Source of the DNA: an uncultured Nitrososphaerales archaeon
GTDB lineage: Archaea; Thermoproteota; Nitrososphaeria; Nitrososphaerales; Gagatemarchaeaceae
NCBI GenBank assembly: GCA_963706445.1
Contig: OY970160.1
Coordinates: 160,001-224,000 of the forward strand
Direction: 5' to 3'
Length of the DNA stretch: 64,000 nucleotides
The notes under the pieces are model-generated. The model did no database searches, was not told where the DNA came from, and worked only from the letters and a program-made list of their open reading frames with translations. This document shows positions 26,051 through 33,818 of this stretch, piece after piece. Position 1 is the first letter of the stretch. Every line of letters begins with the position of its first letter. Made by a program: the position numbers and the translations under genes.

Positions 26051-26809
26051 CTAGGTTACCCGCGTGCCGTCGGTCAGGAAAATGTCCGCGTCGTCAAGGC
26101 TCACCGACCTCGAGGAGAGCACCGGGCCGAACTGGAACGACCTGCTCCTGTTTATGGGCTGACCTCCGACGAGTCTGTTGAACGGGGGCATCACCGTAAG
26201 CTTCCCCTTCCCTTTGGCCTTCGAATCGCGCCCCGCACCCTCCATCAGCTCGGCCACGTCGTATTCGGCTGTGACCCACACCGCCTCCCTGGTCCTCGCG
26301 CCCAGAGGGTCCCGCATCTCGTAGGTGAAGTGCGAGTGACCTATCACCAGGTTCTTGGTGGCTATCGCCTCCTCGGAGGGCCAGGCATGCCCGTGGGCGA
26401 CCCCAATCCGCCCGCGCCCTTTTCCGATTACAGCTCCCTGCGAGGGGTGAAGGAGGACCCGCGGAGGGAGTACTGTCTTGATGCTCCCGTCGTGGTTCCC
26501 AGGGACCACCTCCACGGCCTCGAAGAGGTCCAACATGGTGTCGAAGAACCAGGGCACAACCCCCCAGTCTATGTCTTCCACCTTCCCGACTGTGTGCTTG
26601 ACGTCCCCTAGGACGGCCAGCCGCCTCGTCCCGTACCTGTCGGCCAGGTTCCTGACCCTGTCGACCATCCTGACCGAGTAGGCAGGGAGCCTGAACCCCT
26701 TCTTCGCCATCTCCTTCTCCAGCCCGAGGTGGAGGTCAGAGATCAGAAGGGTGCCTTCCTCTCCCTCGCTGAAGACCAGGGCCGCCTCGCCGGGGACTAT
26801 CTTCAGCAA
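26051..26809 (-). CDS. Calcineurin-like metallophosphoesterase (Lhr-associated type)
   Basis: SDLHLG, GDVKH, GNHD, HGH, GHSH. Confidence 0.88.
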   Translation of the reverse strand: MLKIVPGEAALVFSEGEEGTLLISDLHLGLEKEMAKKGFRLPAYSVRMVDRVRNLADRYGTRRLAVLGDVKHTVGKVEDIDWGVVPWFFDTMLDLFEAVEVVPGNHDGSIKTVLPPRVLLHPSQGAVIGKGRGRIGVAHGHAWPSEEAIATKNLVIGHSHFTYEMRDPLGARTREAVWVTAEYDVAELMEGAGRDSKAKGKGKLTVMPPFNRLVGGQPINRSRSFQFGPVLSSRSVSLDDADIFLTDGTRVT

Positions 26810-26810
26810 G

Positions 26811-27494
26811 CTAAGCTATCAGCGGCAGGACCTGGCTGTAGACGAAGTTCTTGAATTCTGAGAGCTCCATCCTGCTGAACCCAGTGAGGATGCTGTTCCT
26901 GGTGAGCCCGAATACATAGCCGTAGGCCTTGCTCTTGAACACGATGTACCAAAGCTTCCCATGGGTCAGATAGTCGCTGTAGAGGCTGGTGTTCCCCAGC
27001 TCCGCTCCATAGAGGGAAAGCTTCGTGATGTTGGGGAGGTCCACGTCGGAGAAGAAGATCACCTTGGTGTCTTCGAAGTTCGCCTCGTGGAACTTCCTCA
27101 GCGTCTCCGGGTCGATCCTCGCCTCGACCACCTGACCCAGGCTCATGAACACCGCCTTGCTCATCTCGTTAGCTATGTTGTTGGCGCGGCTCTTCTTGTC
27201 GTAGACGGTTAGGAACATCCTGTCCTTGTATATGTTGAACGTGAAAGGGGCATCGTAGGTCCTCGGCACAGCCACCGGCTCCCCCCGGTGCGGAACAACG
27301 AACACCGAGTCGAAGGAGAACTTCCCCTCGAGTGTCCCCTTGCCGATTGTCAGGTCTGTGATCTCCGAGACCAGCTTGAACTCCTTGTCCTCTACGCTTG
27401 TCTCCGTCTCTATCTTGAACGACTTCAGCTTCTCCGCCAGGGTGTCCATTTCGGTGTTCTCCCTTACGAGGAAGACCTTGCCTGCGAGTACCAA
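26811..27494 (-). CDS. Conserved hypothetical protein in the Lhr-phosphoesterase operon
   Basis: 227-aa ORF with host codon usage, tightly packed between Lhr and the phosphoesterase. Confidence 0.75.
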   Translation of the reverse strand: MVLAGKVFLVRENTEMDTLAEKLKSFKIETETSVEDKEFKLVSEITDLTIGKGTLEGKFSFDSVFVVPHRGEPVAVPRTYDAPFTFNIYKDRMFLTVYDKKSRANNIANEMSKAVFMSLGQVVEARIDPETLRKFHEANFEDTKVIFFSDVDLPNITKLSLYGAELGNTSLYSDYLTHGKLWYIVFKSKAYGYVFGLTRNSILTGFSRMELSEFKNFVYSQVLPLIA

Positions 27495-27529
27495 CCCGAT
27501 TCGCCCCGAGGTCTCCTGTTTATGGCCTT

Positions 27530-30370
27530 TCAGTTTCCCCAGAACTGCCGCGTAGTAACGAAGCGGATCTTCGCCTCGAGCAGGTCCCTGTAGAACGCCT
27601 CTTCATCGTCGTGCATCTCAGCAAGGATCCGCGAGGCGGTCTGCGGGCCGATCCCGTACACCGTCAGGGCAACCACAGCCTTCTTGCCATACGAAAGCAC
27701 TAGGTCGGCCCCTCTCCTCGCCTTCGAAAGTTCCCCCCTCTCCTCCTCGTTCAACGGCGCCCGATCCTCCCTCCTCCTCACCAGGTCCGCAAGCTTGGCC
27801 GTCCCCCAGTAGCACTGCGCCAGCAACCCGGACCCGCACGACAGGCACTTCGGTTCTTCGGCCAGGTCTCCCACCGTCGTCTGCCCCTGGTCGACCCCAC
27901 ACTTCACGCAGAGCATGCTGACCTCCGTGCCGAAGATGCTGGCCTTCATCCTCTGGTAGGAAGACTTCCCCAGCGAATCTGGAGCCACCGCCTCTGGCAC
28001 TTCGAGGTACCTGTAGAGCAGGCCGTAGGCGATGGGGGTGGGCCTGTCCCCTGCCAGGAATGTCTCCACAGTTATGTCCCCTTTTGCTACCGCGACCAGC
28101 ACCTGCTTCCCCCTTTCCATGTCGATGAGGTCCCTCCCCGTCTCCTGCAGCGCCTCCTCGAATATCGGTGTCTTCTCGAACCTCGTAGGGAGGGAGCAGA
28201 GGTTAGGGTGCGCGATGAGCTTGCCCCGCTTCAGGGCTCCGAACCTCTCAGCGACCTGCTTCACCCTCGCGGGGAAAGGGAAGTTCCTCTGCGCCGCCAC
28301 GGCATACGTCCTCTCTAACTCCTCGGGGGTCAGGCCGGTGAGCTCCTTCGCGATTGCCCCCAGGTCCAGATCCTCCGTGTCGGTGGTCAGCTCCATCAGG
28401 AGCCTGTATCCGTCCAGCCACCAGATCCTCACCAGCCCCCTCCTTGACAGGATCTCTTCGAAGGTGTAGGCGAACGTCCTGTTCACCGACTCCCCGAAGC
28501 ATAGATGTACGATCAGATATTTTCCGAACCCTTCGAAAAGAATCAGCCTGTCCGACGGGACCGGCGCCCCCATCTTCTTGTGCTCGGCGATCTCGTCTAA
28601 CACCAGCGCCCTCGCGGCGTCGTCCCCGGGCATCCTCTTCGAGACTTCTGCAACTGCTTCCTCTCCTTTGTCCAGGGCCTCCGATATCTCCCTCCTGAGC
28701 TTCCCCGTCTCCATGGCCAGCTCGTAGGGGATTGGGAGCATCTCCCCGTCCCACCCAGGCACAGCTGCGAGCGGGTCTTCCACAGGGGTGACGTAGATCT
28801 TCCTGTCCTGGGCAATCTGTTCGACCTGCCATATCTTCCCCTTGCACACGAAGTGCAGCCCGACCTTCACGCTCAGCAGCACGAACTCCTCCCCCAGTAT
28901 GCCGACTGTCTGGTTGGTCGACACGTCGACGACCAGGTACCTAGTCTCATCGGGTATCATCGACAGATTCTCGTAGTAATACTCCCTGGTCAGCCTTGTC
29001 CTCGACAGCGTCTTCCCGTCGAACCTGATCTTCCGAATCTCAGACAGGTAGTTCGCTGTACGCATGAACGCGTCTTCGGACAGCCCTCGGAATGGTGCTG
29101 CCTTCCTCACCTCCTCGAGGACCCTGTCCGCATCCATCGTCTCGAAGTCCATGAGGTACCCCGCTATCTGGTGGGCCAGCACGTCCAGTGAGTTGGCGAA
29201 GGGCCTCGTGGGCTCAATCCTCCCCTTTCTCGCCGAATTGATGCTCGCCGACGACTCGAGTATGTCGTCCGCCGACACAGTGACCAGGACGCCCTTGGAG
29301 GTCTTTCCCAGGCGGTGCCCGCTCCTCCCGACCCGCTGCACGAGGCTGGTGACCTGCCGCGGGGACATGTACTGGACCACCAGGTCCACTGAGCCGACGT
29401 CGATCCCGAGTTCCAGGGTGCTGGTGCAGACGAGGGCTTTGAGCGCTCCCGACTTGAACGCCTGCTCGACCCTCTCCCTCTCCTCCCGGGGGAGAGACCC
29501 ATGGTGGACCCCCACGTCCTTCCTGAGCCTCGCAAGCTTCTCCCCGAGCATCTCAGCTAACGTCCTGCTGTTGACGAAGATCAACGTCGAAGTGTGGCTT
29601 TCGATGAGCGAGTTCATCCTCGAGAGCCTTGCCGCGAGGTCAGGGGCGGAGTAGGTCTCCCTCGCCGCCGACTGGCTCGAAGGGTCGGGGACAGGGTATT
29701 CTATGGCATAGGTGAACTCCTTCGGGGCGTCCGCCTTCACGATGGTCCGCGGCCCATCGCCGAACAGGAACCTAGCGGCGACCTCCGGGGTCCCGACTGT
29801 AGCTGACAGAGCCACCAACTGATACTTCGGCGCGACCTTCCTCAGCCTCTGGAGCCCCACGCTCAGCTGCACCCCGCGTTTGCTCTCGACGAGGTTGTGG
29901 AGCTCGTCGACCACGACGGCCTTCAGGTGCGAAAGGTTCTCCCTCATCCGCCTCCCTGGGAGCACCGCCTGCAGGGTCTCCGGGGTTGTGACCAGGACGT
30001 CGGGCGGATGTGTGGACTGCCTCGTCCTCTGCGACTGGGGGGTGTCGCCATGCCGGATGTCGACGGTCAGCCCGAGCTTCGCGCACCACACCTGCAGCCG
30101 CTTCAGCATGTCCCTGTTGAGCGCACGCATGGGGGTGATGTAGAGCATGGAGATCCCCTCCCCGTGCCCCTCGGAAACCAGCCTGCTTAGCAGAGGAAGG
30201 AGCGCCGCCTCCGTCTTGCCAGAGCCCGTGGGGGCCACGACGAGGACGTCCTCCCCCTTCGAAATAAGTGGCCATGCCTGCACCTGCGGCGGGGTCGGCT
30301 CCGTTATCCCCGTCTCGAACAGAAACTCTCTCACAGCCGGAGCCAGGGACTCGAAGGAGTTCTCAGACAA
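27530..30370 (-). CDS. lhr: Lhr-family SF2 helicase with C-terminal Zn finger
   Basis: APTGSGKT, DELH, LSAT, STLELGID, QRVGRSGH, ENLSMIPD; CVKC…CLSC. Confidence 0.92.
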   Translation of the reverse strand: MSENSFESLAPAVREFLFETGITEPTPPQVQAWPLISKGEDVLVVAPTGSGKTEAALLPLLSRLVSEGHGEGISMLYITPMRALNRDMLKRLQVWCAKLGLTVDIRHGDTPQSQRTRQSTHPPDVLVTTPETLQAVLPGRRMRENLSHLKAVVVDELHNLVESKRGVQLSVGLQRLRKVAPKYQLVALSATVGTPEVAARFLFGDGPRTIVKADAPKEFTYAIEYPVPDPSSQSAARETYSAPDLAARLSRMNSLIESHTSTLIFVNSRTLAEMLGEKLARLRKDVGVHHGSLPREERERVEQAFKSGALKALVCTSTLELGIDVGSVDLVVQYMSPRQVTSLVQRVGRSGHRLGKTSKGVLVTVSADDILESSASINSARKGRIEPTRPFANSLDVLAHQIAGYLMDFETMDADRVLEEVRKAAPFRGLSEDAFMRTANYLSEIRKIRFDGKTLSRTRLTREYYYENLSMIPDETRYLVVDVSTNQTVGILGEEFVLLSVKVGLHFVCKGKIWQVEQIAQDRKIYVTPVEDPLAAVPGWDGEMLPIPYELAMETGKLRREISEALDKGEEAVAEVSKRMPGDDAARALVLDEIAEHKKMGAPVPSDRLILFEGFGKYLIVHLCFGESVNRTFAYTFEEILSRRGLVRIWWLDGYRLLMELTTDTEDLDLGAIAKELTGLTPEELERTYAVAAQRNFPFPARVKQVAERFGALKRGKLIAHPNLCSLPTRFEKTPIFEEALQETGRDLIDMERGKQVLVAVAKGDITVETFLAGDRPTPIAYGLLYRYLEVPEAVAPDSLGKSSYQRMKASIFGTEVSMLCVKCGVDQGQTTVGDLAEEPKCLSCGSGLLAQCYWGTAKLADLVRRREDRAPLNEEERGELSKARRGADLVLSYGKKAVVALTVYGIGPQTASRILAEMHDDEEAFYRDLLEAKIRFVTTRQFWGN

Positions 30371-30461
30371 TCCTGCCCGTGACCCCCTTCCACCGATTTA
30401 AGGACTAGGCAGAGGGGGGGCCTCGAAACTGTTTTCGACCCTCAGAGTCAGCAAGGTCTAA

Positions 30462-32498
30462 ATGCGCCTAGGGTCTGCGCATTCAGGAAGCTTGTCACGG
30501 AGCACAGAAGAGGTCTCTCAGGAGAGGCCCTTCCACGTTACCACAGTCAAAGAGATCATCCTAGAGAACTTCATGAGCTACGAATACGCCAGGATTCCCC
30601 TCCGCGAGGGGTTGAACCTGATCATAGGCCCCAACGGGGCGGGCAAGTCATCGGTGCTTCTCGCCATCTCCGTGGCCTTCGGCCAGGCCTACACCGAGAG
30701 GTCGCGCAAGCTCTCCGACCTGATCCGGCGCGGAAAGGACATCGCCCGCGTCTCCCTTATCTTCGACAACTCCCCCAAGGGAGGCAGGCGCCCCATCCCG
30801 TATTCAAAGTCGGACACCTTCATGCTCAGCAGGTACCTCAAGCGCGACGGTTCCTACTGGTTCGAGGCCGACTACAAGGAGATAGACAAGAGCGAAGTCG
30901 TCAGATTGCTCAGGGAGTTCGGGATCAACCCCGACAATCTGCTCATCATCATGCACCAGGGGATGATCGAGGAGCTCGGGGCCGTGACCCCCCAGGAGAG
31001 GCTGAGGATGGTGGAGGAAGCGGTAGGGTTCTCCGAATACAGGCAGAGGATACTTCTCGCGGAGCAGGAGCTGAACGGACTCGTCGGGGAAGAGAGCTCC
31101 CTCCTTCAGCTCATCGACAACGCCAACCAGGCCCTCGAGTACTGGAAGCAGATCTACGACAGGTACCAGGAGAAGAGGAGGCTCATTGACCATCGGGACC
31201 TGCTGTCGAAGGAGCTGCTCTGGAGCACGGAGGCGAAGCTGACAAAGTCGCTGCAGGCGGCCGAGGAGAAGATCATGTCGAAGACGAGGGCCCTCGAAGA
31301 CCTGAAGTCTCAGCAAGCCGAGGTCTCGGCCGACGCGGAGCAGACCCACCAGACACTGCTCGACAAGCAGGTCGAGCTCAGGAAGCTCTACTACGCGCTC
31401 GTACGCGCGGAATCGGAGAAGGCCAAGGACGAGTCGGCTAAACAAGCCTACCGCTCGATAAAGGAGGACCTAGCCGGTCTCTCGTCGACGGTCGACGAGC
31501 TCCTGGCCAAGGGGTCCGACAAGAACGTGAAGAGGCTGAAGGAGCTGGCGACCTACATCGAAGGGAAGGGGGCCGCGGCCGAGGAGGACGCCCAGCGCCG
31601 CATGGGAGAGCTCGACAGAGAAGTGTCCTCGCTCCAGCCCGAGATCACCAGGACCGAGGACCTGATCAAGCGGACCATGGACGGCTACATATCCTTCAAG
31701 GTGAAGGCGGAGGTGCTCTCCTACAGGATTCGGGTCACCGAATCCGACCTCAGGGAACTCGAGCGGGGCGCTAAGGAGTACAGGTCAGAGCTGGACAAGA
31801 TAGCCCCAGACCTCGAGCGGGCGGGCCCGAAGATAGAGACGTCCAGGCAGCCCTACGAGGTGTCCGAGGAGCTCAAGCTGGTGTCCGCACACATACAGAA
31901 GATGCAGGACGTCCCCGACGACGCTGAGAAGATCTACAACGACTACTCGGGAAACATCGAGGAGCTGAAGGTGAAGCTCACCAAGCTCCAGGAGAACAAG
32001 AAGTCGATGCTGGTGGAGTTGGGCGCCCGGAAGGAGGTCTGGAAGAAGGCGATGGAGGACCTGGTGGAGACGGTGGACCCGCCATACCAGGCGGTGCTTT
32101 CGGCTGCCGACGCGAGCGGTTTCATAAAGCTCCAGCAGGCTGACACCATCGAGGACGCCGGGCTTGACCTCTACGTCGGCTTCAGGGGAGGCGCCCCTCA
32201 GACACTGGACCCCTTCACTCAGAGCGGAGGGGAGAGGTCCGTGGCGTTGATGGCGTTCATCCTCTCCTTGCAGGCGAGGATAGTCTCCCCCCTGAGGGCC
32301 ATGGACGAGTTCGACATCCACATGGACCCGAAGAACAGGGAGGCGATGTTCAAGATGATACTCGCCCAGATGAAACAGAGGGAAGCTTCACAGTACATCG
32401 TCATCACCCCGTCCATCCTTACCGTGTTCGACAAGACGGCCCACGTAATCGCGGTCCAGGCTGTGCACGGGCCAACGGAAGTAAAGGAGCTGAAGTAG
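30462..32498 (+). CDS. Short SMC-family ATPase (coalescin/Smc5-6-like)
   Basis: ENFMS, GPNGAGKS, HQG Q-loop, coiled coil, QSGGERS signature, MDEFDIHMD Walker B. Confidence 0.88.
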   Translation: MRLGSAHSGSLSRSTEEVSQERPFHVTTVKEIILENFMSYEYARIPLREGLNLIIGPNGAGKSSVLLAISVAFGQAYTERSRKLSDLIRRGKDIARVSLIFDNSPKGGRRPIPYSKSDTFMLSRYLKRDGSYWFEADYKEIDKSEVVRLLREFGINPDNLLIIMHQGMIEELGAVTPQERLRMVEEAVGFSEYRQRILLAEQELNGLVGEESSLLQLIDNANQALEYWKQIYDRYQEKRRLIDHRDLLSKELLWSTEAKLTKSLQAAEEKIMSKTRALEDLKSQQAEVSADAEQTHQTLLDKQVELRKLYYALVRAESEKAKDESAKQAYRSIKEDLAGLSSTVDELLAKGSDKNVKRLKELATYIEGKGAAAEEDAQRRMGELDREVSSLQPEITRTEDLIKRTMDGYISFKVKAEVLSYRIRVTESDLRELERGAKEYRSELDKIAPDLERAGPKIETSRQPYEVSEELKLVSAHIQKMQDVPDDAEKIYNDYSGNIEELKVKLTKLQENKKSMLVELGARKEVWKKAMEDLVETVDPPYQAVLSAADASGFIKLQQADTIEDAGLDLYVGFRGGAPQTLDPFTQSGGERSVALMAFILSLQARIVSPLRAMDEFDIHMDPKNREAMFKMILAQMKQREASQYIVITPSILTVFDKTAHVIAVQAVHGPTEVKELK

Positions 32499-32499
32499 G

Positions 32500-33258
32500 C
32501 TGGGGCAGACGAGGCTGGACGACTACCTCAGGGTCATTGAGCTCTGCCGCGACGTGGAGTCGAGTAGCGCCAACCCCTTCGACGTGGACATAAGAGAGAA
32601 GATACTCATACTCAAGCAAAGGCTCCCTGAGCTGAAGATCCTCGACGAGCTCCTCGTAGACGCCGAGGCCATGCTCGAGCTCGCCCAGATCGTCAAGCTC
32701 CAGGACCAGTGGCTAAAGTCCAGGGCCTCCTCGCTCTACATCGACCCCCTGCTGATCCAGCTGAAGCTCAAACTCCTCCCCAAAGAAGCGCTCTACGGGG
32801 CCTTCATCAAGAGCTGGCACCCCATCGCCCAGGTCGACCAGCTTTCGCCGAGAGGGCTGGAGAAGGCGTTCGTATACTGGCGGGACCTCGTCCCCATTTC
32901 AGAGAGGTTCAAGGACCAGTTCGGGACCTACGGCACCAGGCCGGGGATCGTGGATTATGCCGAACTCGTCAGCCTCGGGGTATTCACCAAGGAGGAGTTC
33001 GAGACGAACCTCACCAAGCTCTACGACGAGCTTCTGAGCAAGTCGAACGGCGAGTGGGTCGACTATCGCGAGTTCGTCGGCGACGAGTCATTTGAAATCA
33101 AGGTGAGGCGCGCGTATCTCCTCTCCTTCCTCATAAGCGAAGGGAGGGCCCTGCTCAAGACAGAGCCGCTGACCGGGAAGATCTGGACCATGGCGCTAGC
33201 GGAGAGGGTGAAGGGCGTCCCGAAGTCGGTCGCCATCTCGATAACGGGGGAGAACTGA
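32500..33258 (+). CDS. Putative kleisin (ScpA-like) partner of the SMC ATPase
   Basis: NPFDVDI resembles the ScpA N-terminal DPWDIDI motif; C-terminal winged-helix-like YLLSFLISEG; in-frame CTG at 32500. Confidence 0.55.
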   Translation: MGQTRLDDYLRVIELCRDVESSSANPFDVDIREKILILKQRLPELKILDELLVDAEAMLELAQIVKLQDQWLKSRASSLYIDPLLIQLKLKLLPKEALYGAFIKSWHPIAQVDQLSPRGLEKAFVYWRDLVPISERFKDQFGTYGTRPGIVDYAELVSLGVFTKEEFETNLTKLYDELLSKSNGEWVDYREFVGDESFEIKVRRAYLLSFLISEGRALLKTEPLTGKIWTMALAERVKGVPKSVAISITGEN

Positions 33259-33818
33259 TGGAAGCAGAAGCCGGCGACAGGGCCCTGCTCGAGCGAAAGG
33301 TGAGGAGGGCGTTCCAGGTCCTCGTACTGCAGCGCGGACGCAACCCCGGGGTCAAGGGGTGGGAGATGAAACGCCATCTGGGAAGGGAGTATCGGAAGAT
33401 AATCGAAGTCCTGTCCGAGGACGTGGCGCCCATGGGCCTCGAGGTGTTCGAGGTCAAGGGAGCCGACGGCACCGACGACTCGTCCCGTTTCCTGCTCAGA
33501 TTCAAGGAACCTCCATCCATCACCGAGGCAGAGACCTCTGGCATCAGGATCGACGACCTCGCGGTCCTCGCCGCGACGATAGCTTTCATCAACTCGAAGC
33601 AGAGCCGAGTGGCCCGGCGGGAGGTCGAGCAGTTCCTCAGAGAGAAGTTCCCGCGATGGAGGATCGACTACTCGCTGGACAGGTACTTGAAGCGGGGGTA
33701 CCTCGAGCAGGACGACAGGACCATGCTGCACATCGGGTGGAGGACCCACGCCGAAGTTGACGAGAAGACCCTGATGACCCTGATCCTTTCCCGGGCTCAG
33801 GAAGCTGCGAAGAAGTAG
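33258..33818 (+). CDS. Putative tandem winged-helix (kite: ScpB/Nse1-Nse3-like) subunit
   Basis: 186 aa, coupled to the previous gene; LDRYLKRGYL…HIGWRTHAE resembles the kite WH-B end. Confidence 0.55.
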   Translation: MEAEAGDRALLERKVRRAFQVLVLQRGRNPGVKGWEMKRHLGREYRKIIEVLSEDVAPMGLEVFEVKGADGTDDSSRFLLRFKEPPSITEAETSGIRIDDLAVLAATIAFINSKQSRVARREVEQFLREKFPRWRIDYSLDRYLKRGYLEQDDRTMLHIGWRTHAEVDEKTLMTLILSRAQEAAKK

